A DNA stretch of 64,000 bases, taken from positions 30,690,001-30,754,000 of the forward strand of contig OX597821.1 of the NCBI GenBank assembly GCA_951406725.2, written 5' to 3'. Positions 13,441 to 26,814 of this stretch are shown here, piece after piece. The notes under the pieces were generated by a model, which was not told the origin of the DNA, ran no database searches, and worked only from the letters and a program-made list of their open reading frames with translations. Positions within the stretch are counted from its first letter, which is position 1. Each line of letters opens with the position of its first letter. This DNA comes from Octopus vulgaris (lineage: Eukaryota). Made by a program: the position numbers and the translations under genes.

Positions 13441-14950
13441 AGCCATCCAACATAATAGCAGGTCCAGACTGTCTTACACATTGTCTGAGAAACCTTGACA
13501 TTATCCTAAAACCACTGTGTAGTTACATACCCATATTCATTCGAGATGACATCCATTTCCTTTCACATCTGCCCAAAACAACAGAATACCATTCACTATT
13601 ATTTAGTTTTGATGTAACCAACTTATATAGAAATATTCCACATGATTTACTGTCAGAAAATATTTTGCCGAGAGACATAGCCAAGTGATGTCCAGTAGAT
13701 TTACTGTAACATTTATACTAGACGTGGTCAGCCTCATCCTCGAAAATAATACATTCCTTTGCAATGGAAAAAAAACTACCTCCAGGTTCGAGACACAGCT
13801 ATGGGGACACGATCTGCTGCAGTTTTCGCGAAATCATTATCGGGATACTTGGAACAAAACCTATATAAACAAACATGAAGGGAACTACGGCATGATCTTT
13901 AAAAGACATAGAGGACACGTGGAAAAGATCCTGCGATGATTGTTTCCTATTTGGACCAACTCCCTAGAAAATCTGGAAGAATTCAGTACCTGCCTCAATA
14001 ATCTACACCGAATACTTAAATTCACAACAGGAATGATCAACACACTATTACCATTTCTTGACATAATGGCAGTTAAAAACAACACCACAACTGATATTGA
14101 TTACAAAAACACAGATACACACCAGGACCTAAAGTATAAATCATGCCACCCAACACGCACAAATAGTAACACCTCGTACTATCTAGCCAGGAAAATTGGT
14201 ACTATTGTCGATGATCCAAATACAAGAAACATACGACTTATAGAACTCAATGGATTTCTGCTCAAGCAAAATTACTCTCCCCTACTTATAGAAAATAGCA
14301 TGCAACGAGCAAAAGAGATACGTATAGAACAACTTTAGGAACACGAAAAAGACGAACTCATCAAACGAACACAATACCATTTCTAGTAACACACAATCCA
14401 CATCACCAAAAAATTCGAACATCCTCAAAACAAATTGCCAATCATGAAACAAAATGAAAAATTACAAAAACATAATAGTTAATCAAACACTTATCTTAAG
14501 CAAAAGGCAATCACATAACCTAAAGACAAAGTTCAACATGAACAAACGGAACAACATATTCACAGTATCGAAGTGTAAGGATAACAGATGGGTGTGGAAC
14601 GTGTAAATACATGCATACTGGTAGATCCATTAGAATAAAAAAAATGGACAGATTTTCGCAAATGCTGATATGAATTACAAAAACAGTAATTCGATCTACT
14701 GCATTAAATGCCCGAATTGCGAGGAATTGTATATAGGCTAGACAGGGAATGCATTATCGAAGCGCTCACGAGTCCATAGCAAGCAAATCCGGAACGCCAA
14801 TTTTCGCCAAATTCCATTGAACGAACATATAGAGATATGTTTCTAATTTTTCCTTTCTACAAACTACATGACAAAAGCGAGGTTGGAAGAAAGATGAAAG
14901 AAAAACGGTTTAGTAAAATGTTCAAACCTGTTCTGATCGGAAATAACAGT
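13440..14950 (+). mobile_element. 5'-truncated decayed Penelope-like retroelement (RT + GIY-YIG endonuclease)
   Basis: RT motifs IIAGPDC, IRDDIHFL, SFDVTNLYRNIPH, LPFLDI and YKSCHP. GIY-YIG-like SIYCIKCPNCEELYIG*TGN at about 14691-14750. Frameshifts and stops are present. Confidence 0.92.
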
Positions 14951-17644
14951 AATAATACAACGAACAGTTAATGATATAGATGAATAAATATAAACAAGTT
15001 AAAGAATATCGGTATGTTTGGCAAACCGTGATGTTTAAAAGCATGCGAATTTATCAAAAAGATATTCTAAAACTTTAGCCGGTTGGAGTGTTCTAAGAGG
15101 TACTAAAATAGTTAAGAACTGAATTGTCAGAGGTGTATAGTATTAAGAACCACATGTTTATCAGAGGTAGATGTAACTAAATTTGTCTAAGCTTGCAGCT
15201 AACATTGGATATTTCCTACGGATAACGTACGAAGACATGAAAATCTAGATTTAACAATTTCACCTTTTCCGCTGGACACTTTTTCGCCTACTACCTCCTT
15301 GATCCTCTGGCCGGATATGTTGTCCTCTTTCCCGGGGGTGTTGAAACATTTGTCTAAATTTAGGTTACAGTATTGGAGGAACTATTAGACAATATAAGAC
15401 GATATCTAATTTATTGTAAGCATAAATAAAAGTAAACTTTCAAAAATTATTCAGAGATAACTTCACCCAACCTTGTATTAATTTCAAATGGCTTACTCGA
15501 AAATATTGTGTCGCAATTTTGTCAGAATCCATAGATTTTGCCAATTGGGATTTTAGAGTTTAATCGCTTATTCTCATTCCCCATCTTATTTAGTCACTTC
15601 TTTATCCAATAGATATATGTATAACTTGTCTAACAATTTCCACTGAAATAAATATAAGTTTTACATTTCATGAATTTAAATTTGAATATCACAAAACATG
15701 GGCCCAGGCTATTAAAAGAACCACTCTTGCAGAGTAAGCCCAGTGTCCGGGAACTTGCTATCACTTCATAGCACTTGGATTTTCTTTTGATGGAAAGGAT
15801 TTTTTACTAACTGAACTGTTATAGAGATACATTTTTGTTCAACCAACAAGAAGAGTGTTTTTTGTTGCAAAAACACGTAAGCTTTTAAGTTGTTCCATAA
15901 TTGTTAATTATCAGCTCTACATGACATACATATTTTGAATATGCTAAATAGTTATATTTATATGTGCATTTGTCGCGGCCGCAACTACCAATAAACGTGA
16001 GCAGTACTTTTACATGGATTAGTTATCAACCAGTATTCAAAGACACCATTTCTCGTAGAAATGTAATCTGAAATCTTGCAGTGACTCGCAGCAACGTTTC
16101 AGACGTTGAAATATATGTAGTGTACACATCTAAACTAGGTATTAATTCAAGTAGAAATTCATATATTAATATTGTAAAGAACGTCGACGATAAGATGTTT
16201 ATTTTTTTATATATGAAATTTAGCAGTACATATGTAAAAACTATAGAGACAGATCAAATATCAACAGCATGCTAAATTACATAGGGGCTTATTTGCTTTG
16301 ACCCGTCTTCGTCAGAAACTGAAATACTGAATCAGTTTCACTAATCGTTTCACTAAGTTTTAAACTGTACAAATGGTATTAATGCATTTTTCATTACTGT
16401 TTTGAATGAGATCAGATTAATCTTCTGTACTTAGTTGGTTTCGCTGATTGTTCATCTCTTTCTATAAGAGATGTTGTTGTTTCTCTTTCTGTTTTTACTT
16501 GAAAACTCATTTATCAGAGGCATACTATATATTGTAAACAATACCATTCTAATAATTCGAAGAATAGAGAATGAATACGATGAATTCACATTTCATTCGA
16601 AATCGTATCACACGCGTCATTATCCAAAAAAAAAAAACGGTCACATGGTACATCAGCGATATTAAATATAGCTCTCTGATATTGTTTAAGAAAGCTTTGA
16701 AAGAAAAATAGAATTTAGACGACATTTTTATTGAATAATTAAATTCAACGATTATATATAATTATAAGATAAAACATTCTCAAGAGTAGTAAATAATCTA
16801 TAGGGCAATATTTTTGAAAGTAAAGCAAATAAGGACTGTCAATTCCTTTTATAGACAAGTGTAAACTGAGAACAAATCAAATACCCAGAAAAGTTATCAC
16901 GGTTAAGAAGAAAAACATCACGAAGGAAATTCTAAGAAATGAAACCTTAAAAGAGGTACAGATTGATAAGTGAATACGGCATCATTTGTTTTCATACAAA
17001 CTTACTTGAAATAAAATACTGGACATTCTGTAAATATTGAGAATTGTAAACTGACCACTTGAAGAAAACAAAAAAGTGCTTCTGTATATACTTTTTGATT
17101 AACAATTAGTTAAACGGCAGTGAAGCTAATATTACACTAGGCGAGAAAGTTTTAGATGTATGAGGTAATAAATATGAGTATTAATAAAGTCTGTCCTTGT
17201 TTCATAAATATTATCTTTGTACATTGCTTTCTATGAATGTTTATTAGTATGCAAGTTTTTATGTATGCACGTAGTCGTCTATATGCATATTCATATATTT
17301 GTGTCCCTGAGTGTATGTGTCTATGTATTTGAATGTATACGCACATCTGCATGTTGCATTTAAATACATATATACTCACACGTATATAAATATATACATA
17401 TTCATACACAAACTCAAACACACACACATACACATATGCACATTCTTAAATGCAATTTCTAAAGTAAGTATTCTGCATAAAAAAACGAACCGATTTCTAA
17501 AGCAAAAACGCATATGAATGAAATAATGTATATAGGCTTCTACATTTTTTGTATCTATATTTGTATATATGCATGCAAGTATAGAAACACACACACACAA
17601 ACACAATTAAGAGCTTTTCGATGGAAATTAAAAAAAAAACTTAG

Positions 17645-17800
17645 ACGTTTTGCAAAACCATTCGACAATTCCGCATACCGGAAGCCAGCAAGTATATGGG
17701 GTCTTCAGGAAAGAATGTGTGGCGTTTCGGGGACGTTCCATTTTTTCATCGCACACAACATATCTGCGTTCGCTCCGCATGATACTTGCAAACGGTCTTA
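17645..17800. mobile_element. Second, more degenerate copy of the 3704-3890 MITE-like family
   Basis: The reverse complement cccgaaacgccacacattctttcctgaagacc...ttgctggcttccggtatgcgga aligns with 3786-3847. Confidence 0.55.
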
Positions 17801-17829
17801 AATGATCTGCGCCAAAACCAAGTCGCTGA

Positions 17830-19920
17830 CGATAATTTTGTGTTATACCCACCATGTCACGGTGTCTAAGAGAAGAAAATGTCACGGTGTCTAAGAGAAG
17901 AAATGTCGTTAGTCTCTGCTTCTGCTTTCCACTTCCTGGCTGTCTTCACCTATGGTGGATTTCACCTGATTTCTATGTCCTTCGACTCTCAGCATCATCA
18001 CCGTTCGTATTTTCCCCACTTTATATATATTTCGACTATTGACGCTAGTGGTAACTGCAACGAGCATCTTTTTTCGATAAAGAGCTGAACTGTTCAACAT
18101 CCGAGGTAGTCCTAGCCACTTTCTTATGAACACATTACGTTTCTTTTCAATAATGTGAACTTGTGACAATGCTACCTCATATATTCAAAGTGGCCGCGAA
18201 AATCGCGGATACAAGCCCAACTGTAAGCACCAAATTTTATATTTACCAGGTAACTTTGATTTATCTATCAATCGCTGATAATCCAACCTTGGCTTGTTTC
18301 ATAATTTCCATTCCACAACTCCTGTCCAATAATGTTCCAGTATATACTCGCCCCAAGCTCTTGACAGGTTTTTCTTTGACTGTTAGAATGCTTTCCTCAG
18401 CTATTCGAAACTTAAATTCTTTCTGCACTCCCTTAAGAAATGTCAGACTATGTGACGTTTTTACCCTAAACCGCATCCTTGACCACCTTAAAAACCGGCC
18501 TAGTCTCAAGAGGGCACTCTGCATGATTTGCTTATCTGTGTCCCGTCATCCATGAAGGCTTTGTTAGGCGATTTTACATGGCCGAATTTTTTCGAAAAAT
18601 CCACGGCTTTCAAAATCATCTCCATAACTAAAACAAACCACGTGATAGCTATTGTACAGCCAGCAGTAATGCCAAACTCCAATCGGTGCCAATCTGTTTT
18701 GCAATATCCTGCTGGAAACTTCATCCAGAAACTGTTATAATATATCCTCATTATTTTGGTTACTTTTACTGGAATGTGGAAGTGGTGCATGACTCGCATC
18801 AGTAATTCGTGTGCTACTGAGCTATTTAGCTAGGTCAAGTCATACCACGTTCTAACTTCTCTTGTTCTGCTTGGTATCCTGGATCGCTTTCCAAATAAAA
18901 AAAAACTTGTGTTCAACGGAACCAGGTATCCCAGGGATCCCAGGGATTCCGGACTTTTGAACAGAGTCACCAACATATCCATTACTCTGTAAATATGTCA
19001 CGACTCTCAGAAAGAATTCCTATAAAGATCTTGCCTTCCACAATCATTAAGGATATCGGCTTAAACTCTTTTATAGTCTTTGCATTGGCCTCCCAGCAGG
19101 TACATGCATTCTGCCTTTCACTAATCCTCTACTAGATTATTTTTGCACCACAGCTGTCGGAATAGGACAAAGGCGATTGCAATATTTGTAAACTTATACG
19201 AGACGCCATCACCTCCTGGGGTTCTCTTTCTTCTAGCTTTTCTAACGAAATCATTCAACTCTATCTCGCTGATGTCCCCAATTTGAAATTCGATATCAGG
19301 TTCTATGAGATGCTTTAGCCCATGTAGAGGTGGCACTGGCTGGGTACGGTGTGGATCCCTGTAGGTTTGTTTGATATGAGCGTCCAATTCTTTCATGCAC
19401 TATGAAGTGCCACTCTTCGGTTCAGTGAACAGCTTCTTAGTAAACACGTACAGGTCCTTCAGAAACTGTCCCCGAGTCCTTTTACTTTCCTTTCGTCGCT
19501 CATATCGGCTAATATGTCGTGGCACATAACGGCATTTCCTTTTCAAATGGCGGTAAAGCAGCACGAGGCCAGGTTTGTCATCTTCTGTTGCACATTTCCA
19601 TCGCTTACTTACGCTAGTCTTTCCTTCCTCAAATGTTTTATTTTCCTGATCCTCCTGCTTAGTTCACACTCTCCTTTCGCTAATCGGATACACTCTTTCA
19701 CTCCAAATAATTCCTTTCTTGTATCGTAAATTGAGCTTGTTAACTTTCCCAGTTTCTATACTGTAGATCCTGTCATTTTATAAAGAACTTTACATACCTT
19801 GTTTTCAAATTCTTTATATTTTCCGTCCTCATTAGCTGCAGGCCACAAAACCCTCGGTTTCCTCCGAGTACTATCTGCTGCACCAGTTTCATAACCTGAG
19901 GAGGAAGGTTTTACTCTCAT
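17830..19920 (-). mobile_element. Decayed non-LTR retrotransposon RT, Hero-like (restriction-like endonuclease clade)
   Basis: Minus-strand fragments read SVQKSGIPG..GSVEH, VV*LDLA..SVAHELL, WHRLEFGITAGCTI, KAFMDD, EKPVKSLGR and FIRKWLGLP. These match the AFMDD/WLDLANAYGS signature of Hero-type RTs. Confidence 0.82.
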
Positions 19921-20897
19921 TAAGTATATCACTAAAACATCTGATTTCGAGGGTACTGGTCATTATGTTTTGTTCATTTTAAGAAAAACGCACAGTTTCA
20001 ATTCCCTTATACAAATTTAGATGACACAATACATCTCTGTTATTACGTACAAATGAATATCTATTTTATGGACCTCTTATGCCCTTTAGCATTCAAACTA
20101 CTCTCTCGAATGTAATACTTATTCATTCATACTGTTTCGAATTAATGGTGTATGTTCTTGCAGCTCTGAAATTTCAATGATAAGATTGTATATTTATAGA
20201 ATGATATTCCAGAATAGTTATGCGAGGTCAGATATAGATGGTTTGAAAATGAAATAAAATACTGCTGGTTTAAATACTAAATTTTAGACGAGATATTACG
20301 CACAGTTATGTTACTGACCTAAATAGCATTGCAAGACTTCTTATTTTTCTTTTATACGAACTCTCGTAGCCTTTTGTTTGCACCAAGTAACTTCTTTTAT
20401 TGAAACTTTCTTCTAGTCTTTTTTATTTGTAAAGTGGTGAATGCATAATGATCCTTCTATCAATTTGTTTTGACCGCCAGGATAATGCTTTTCTCACTGA
20501 ACATTATCAATGTCTTCAGCTACAAAGGCATGTTTCATTGACATTTTGCTGTCATGTTTACATTTGTTGGCAGTTAATGAAATTAGCTGATATATATTCT
20601 GCCCTGCTGTGGTCCCTTTGACAAATACTTTTGCAGCGTGGGTGCTTAAAGTTGACCTTCTCTTTCTTATTCATCAGTTATTTACTATCTGTCACCTGTC
20701 ACTAATTTGCAAATTATATTTCTACAACAGTTCTAGAATTTGCAATACTTCCTAGTACTGTAGTTCTACCCCTGAGCTTACGGAATATGTGCCAATGCAT
20801 AAATTGTTGCTCATGCAAAGTTTGTTTCTCCACTAAGTACCTATATAAGCAGATTGTACTTGTGTTACAAGTAACATTTCTTTACTCAGAGTACCTA

Positions 20898-21130
20898 TTT
20901 TTTTATTGCCCACAAAGGGCTAAACACAGAGGGGACAAACAAGGACAGACAAACGGATTAAGTCGATTACATCGACCCCAAATGCGTAACTGGTACTTAT
21001 TTAATCGACCCCGAAAGGATGAAAGGCAAAGTCGACCTTGGCGGAATTTGAACTCAGAACGTAACAGCAGACGAAATACGGCTACGCATTTCGCCCGGCG
21101 TGCTAACGTTTCTGACAGCTCGCCGCCTTA
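20898..21130 (-). mobile_element. SINE family A, full length with 14 bp TSD
   Basis: tRNA-like head ggcggcgagctgtcagaaacgttagc...gagttcaaattcc on the minus strand. The TSD actcagagtaccta is at 20884-20897 and 21131-21144. Confidence 0.92.
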
Positions 21131-21837
21131 ACTCAGAGTACCTACTCAAGTGTTCATCCGCGACCCACAATCGGTTATTTATTTCGCTGCTCAATACAAT
21201 TTCATTTATTTCACTGGTTAATAGACTTTCGGTGTACACGCTCATCACTATTGTGTTCACATATGGTCTCAGACATACAATGTAGCATACAACATCATTT
21301 GCTACCGTTTAAAAGGAAACCTCTCAGCGTTCTCAGCTTGAACAGCATAATTCTAGTCTCCATGCTTAAGTTGCATCGTTCTTGAATTGTTCACTTTTAT
21401 ATGGCACACATTGTTACTAGTAATGGAACAGTAAAATCATTATGGGCCATGGTTCTATTGTATAGCAACAGTTCTGCTTTCATATATTTTAATTTGTTCT
21501 GAAGTATTCCATTATCACACTCGCAATATTCGCAGCCCCAGTATATACAATAGCCCCGTGCTTTTGCTACATATACTGAGTATTCATAATTTGAGTTCAT
21601 GCAAACAGCCAACTATCGATAGTAAAGATAAAGTGAAAAAAGTTAGCCTAATACATACTTGGATACTTAGTGACTGAAGTAATTCTGTGAGTCTGTCCGG
21701 GAGAATGAGCGTGAGAAAAACAAACATAAAAGCAAAAAAAAATAATAAAAAAGCAAACAAAGCAACTTAGATAATTCATTTCCCACTAAGTCCAAACTTA
21801 ACAACGAAGTCTGTAATTTAATATTAATCTTAGCTAG

Positions 21838-22600
21838 GGCAACGAGCAGTCAGAACTGTTAACACGCCGGGCGAAATGCTTAGCGGTATTTGTCTGCCGC
21901 TACGTTCTGAGTTCAAATTCTGCCGAGGCCGACTTTGCCTTTCATACTTTCGGGGTCGATAAATTAAGTACCAGTTACGCACTGGGGTCGATGTAATCGA
22001 CTTAATCCGTTTGTCTGTCCTTGTTTGCCCCCTCTGTGTTTAGCCCCATGCGGGTAGTAAAGAAATAGGTATTTGTCTGCCGTTACGTTCTGAGTTCAAT
22101 TTCCGCCGAGGTCGACTTTGTTTTTCATCCTTTCGGGGTCGATAAATTAAGTACAAGTTATGCACTGGGGTCGATGTAATCGACTTAATCCGTTTGTCTG
22201 TCCTTGTTTGTCTTCTCCGTGTTTAGCCCCTTGTGGGTAGTAAAGAAATAGATATTTTGTCTGCCACTACGTTCTGAGTTCAAATTCCGCCGAGGTCGAC
22301 TTTGCCTTTCATCCTTTCGGGGTGGTTTAAATAAGAACCAGTTGCGCACTAGGGTCGATATAATCGACATAATCCGTTTGTCTGTCCTTGTTTGTCCCCT
22401 CTGTGTTTAGCCCCTTTTGGGTAGTAAAGAAATAGGTATTTCTCACGTTTTTACGTCATGTACTCGAATTCACCGGAGTTGACTTTGGTTTTCATCCTTT
22501 CGGTGTCGATAAAATAACTACCAGCTGAAAACTGAGATTGATGATAGAATAAGTACCAGATTTTAAAAAGTTTACTGGGGCCGACTCATTCGACTATACG
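21838..22600 (+). mobile_element. Tandem array of SINE family A (one head, three ~183 bp units and a degenerate fourth)
   Basis: Units restart at about 21888, 22070, 22254 and 22438, joined by aaagaaatag(g/a)tattt. Confidence 0.92.
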
Positions 22601-22615
22601 CACACACATGGATAC

Positions 22616-22690
<75 letters not shown>

Positions 22691-22711
22691 TATATACACA
22701 CGCACACATAT

Positions 22712-23974
22712 ATACTGGTTGCGTTTGGTTAAATTGTCGTCATTTTATATTTTTTAGTTCGTGCATGAACATTGTTTGATATTATCGACTACACACTATA
22801 GTAGATTCTGGTGTGTACTGTCTGTGAGAAAAACGGTACCATGACGCACTTCACTCTATCAGAAAGTTTGAAACAACATGCTGTACCGCTTGGTATTCGC
22901 ACCGGAAGCACCAATAGGGACATTTCAGTGTTAGGGCCTCAAACTGAGGAAAGAGTTAGATGTGTCTAATGGTGATTACGAAGGTACAGCAGCTTGGAAA
23001 ACTCATTCTGATTTTTCTGATAAAAAAATAATTCCTCAATCTGTTGGTGAGTTTAAGTCCATGATTCACAACGATCCATTCAAATCAATCTGGTCCATTG
23101 TCAGGGACATGGGAATATCTGAGTTTCTCATCAGTCAGGTAGTGCATAAAAACATTTGGTACTCCTCATACAAGATGAGCAAGGGCCAATTTTATCGCAA
23201 GCCATCAAAGACAAGATAAAGAAGACGCTACGAAGCTTTCGAACAAACTCAAGCTTCTTCTCCAACCGAACATGCTTGGGTTTTCTTAGACAAGAAAGTT
23301 TCGGCCTGGATTAGATGGTGAACACACAGAACAACCGTTGGTATGCTTCGTCTCCAAAACATGTACCGAGAGTGATAAAAACCAAACATTCAGTTAACAT
23401 TATGTCGTTTGGAGTGATCACTCGTGATGGCGATGTTATGCCTCCATTCTACTTCCCACTCGGCCTCAGACTTAACACCGATGCCTATATCAAGTGCCTG
23501 GAGGAGGTAGTGCTATCCTGACTCAAGAGGCTGGTTTCTGGGAGACCCAATGTCTGGCAAAAGGACTCTGCACCATGCCACACAAGCAGGAGGACTCAGT
23601 CATGGCTGTCAGGCATTTTGTACGACCGCATCACCCCTAACATCTGGCCACCTAACTCTCCAGACTGCAACCCTTTTGATTATTATGCATGTGGCGCAGT
23701 TGAGCGAGAGACCAACAAAATTCCTTCTAACACCAAAGATGAACAGAAGGTTATGGCAGCATTCAACAACTTCAGCAATGAGTGTGTCCAGAAGAGTTGC
23801 AAGAGATTCCGAAGTCGTCTGGAGGCCAGGACTGAAGCTAATAACGATTTCATTAACTAAATTTACGCATTAGTATTTCAAGATAATTTTATGTAATTCT
23901 GGTAAACACATCTATAAAAATGAGATATCAGTGTCATTTTCATTCATGAATAATTTTAGACAATTTATTCACCG

Positions 23975-23982
<8 letters not shown>
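22712..23982 (+). mobile_element. Full-length decayed maT/mori-type (DD37D) Tc1-mariner transposon
   Basis: The in-frame peptide VWQKDSAPCHTSRRTQSWLSGILYDRITPNIWPPNSPDCNPFD has 37 residues between the catalytic Asp residues. Also VIKTKHSVNIMSFGVIT. Degenerate TIRs share taaattgtc and gacaattta; TA flanks. Confidence 0.9.
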
Positions 23983-24417
<435 letters not shown>

Positions 24418-24649
24418 CGCGTGTGTGAGTGTATGTGGGCGTGTGTGCATGTTAAGGCGCGTGTCTTTTCTTTGTGGATTGGCAGGGAATACTCACGTTC
24501 GTGAGATCGTGGTTTCGATTCCTAGTCAGTTCCGTGCTGTAGTCCTGAAAATAATACCCTATTTTATGTTGCTGTTAATGGGTAACCCTGCAACGGACGA
24601 CCCTTCAGATTCAGGAGGTATGTTGGTCTGCTCACCTTGCCAAGTGGCA

Positions 24650-24900
24650 TATTAAACGCATTCCTGGATCTGTTATCTAAGCAATAAAGACTTGTAGGCA
24701 TTGGTATTTCGTTACGCTATTATATTTTGTGGTAATAACGTTAACAAAATAATGTAAAGAGAACTGCTAACGTGGTAGAACGTGGTGTTGACTTATAAAA
24801 ACATTAAGTTAACTTTATATTTTATCATGGTTGCATAACGAAATGCCACGAGCCTACAAGTTTTTAAGGTTTACATACCAGCTCCGGTAATGCGTTTAAT
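24650..24900. repeat. Diverged inverted repeat (24650-24717 vs 24833-24900)
   Basis: attaaacgcatt...cttgtaggc...atttcgtta pairs with taacgaaat...gcctacaag...aatgcgtttaat. Confidence 0.7.
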
Positions 24901-24986
24901 ATGTAAATTGGTATATCCACTAACTTAACAGCGCTGTATGCTGTGGCTATATAAGCAATGTGTTCGAAGGCGAGAATAGGTTAGAT

Positions 24987-25035
24987 GGGTGCTGATGAAG
25001 GGGACCCCCCCCCCCGAAATATGGCATATCCACTT
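24987..25035 (+). ncRNA. Type I hammerhead ribozyme motif
   Basis: gtg-CTGATGA-agggg..cccc-GAAA-tatggcata-TC-cac. Stems I, II and III all pair; predicted cleavage after C25030. Confidence 0.75.
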
Positions 25036-26589
25036 CTTGTTACACAGATTTGTATTCGATCACATTGCTTGTTTACATCTGATGTCTCGATACGAAACAT
25101 TGTAGCAAAAAATCAGTTTTAGCTATAATTTCTGTACAAATAAACTTTACAGAATCATGCATTTATCACATGAAGTAATATTGAGAAATATTTTTTTAAA
25201 ATTATAGTCGTAAATAGCTGTGGGTATTTGTTGTTTAAGTGTATCATTGTAGGGGAAAACTTTCAGAGTTTCAGATGCTTCAAAAGGTTGTCTACTCCCA
25301 CTCCGTTAATTATGTTATATTTCAAAAAATCATTCTACAAGGTAAAACATATTGCTTTGAAATTGGTTCAGCATGATTCTGTAAATTTTAAAGTATTACT
25401 TTTTTGATGTGCATTATAACTTTTCTGTAGGCAACAAAAGCTGTAAATTTTCGACTGCTTTTTGTCCTAATACATTCTGAGATGAAGGGAAATTTGTGAT
25501 TGCACCTTTAATATAATTTCGTTTATAGTTGCTTTAACACCTGCTAAAGAAAATGTGCGAACGTATGTAGGCAACAGAAAGAATATGATTTGTCAAGTTT
25601 ACTTTACTGAAGGTAAAATATCTTTAATGTAATTTTCGAAAGTCAGATCCGTCATACGAATGTTTTTCAACAAAAATATTCTGACACTCTGAAAGTCTGT
25701 CGCAAATTCTGCTGCTTTCATTTCATTTCGTTTCTTTAGGTGGGGGACTGAAGTGTTCACTTCGCTTTGTATTTTGTTTTTTTGCATTGCAGATTGTGAT
25801 TCTATACTAAATAAGATTACGGTAATAGTCTGAGATAGACACATAGATATATAGATAGCGAATGAGAGAGTGAGAGAGAGACAGAGAGAGAGAGAGCAAT
25901 AAAGAGAGACAGACAGAAACAGAGAGAGAAAGAAAGAGAGAGCGATGGAGAGAGGAAGAAAGAGTGAGAGGTATGTACGAGATTGAAAGGTTAACGGTTT
26001 TCTCTCAGTATTTTTGTAATACACGTTTTCTCATTTCTGATCTCATGTCAATTCTTTCTGTATTTCACCTTTTATATATTGTTATATATCTGTGGTATGT
26101 GTGCCTAAAATCTGAGACCAATTTCGTGACTCAATAACGTCAGTTCAATAACGCCAACACCTTTTTTTCTCCTTAATAATTTCATATATAGTTCACTTGA
26201 TGTTTGCAACGAATCAAAAAGATTTTGTTTAAATTCTTCATTTTAAGATTTATATCTAACTCCCTAGTTTTTTGTTACTAACATTTAATTATTCATTCCC
26301 CTACGTTCTTAGAATCACGAAATGAAAACTTGTAACTAACACATTTCGACTTACTATTTCAAGGATTGAGCACTATTCCTTCTTTCTTTCTTGTTTACAA
26401 TGCTACTTTCACAACAGGTGTTTACACACATACAAGTGTTGAATTATGAATAAATCAGGTTTAATTCTTATTTCTTGTGCGTATTTTTTGTGTCGTGCGG
26501 ACATCGTAACTCATTTAGTTTGTCACTAAGTCACTTCTATGACAGAGTGTTATAGGAGGGATTTATAAAGACATATACATGCATACATA

Positions 26590-26669
<80 letters not shown>

Positions 26670-26694
26670 CATACATGCATACATACATACAAAC

Positions 26695-26744
<50 letters not shown>

Positions 26745-26783
26745 GTGTGTCTGTATGTATGTACACCTACATACATACATACA

Positions 26784-26814
<31 letters not shown>

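Noticed and set aside
21838-22600. Regularly repeated units as a possible CRISPR array
   Set aside because: The units are ~183 bp SINE bodies with no unique spacers and no cas genes, in a eukaryotic context.
25599-26024. 141 aa minus-strand ORF
   Set aside because: The hydrophobic portion derives from a (GA)n-rich tract, and no domain is recognisable.
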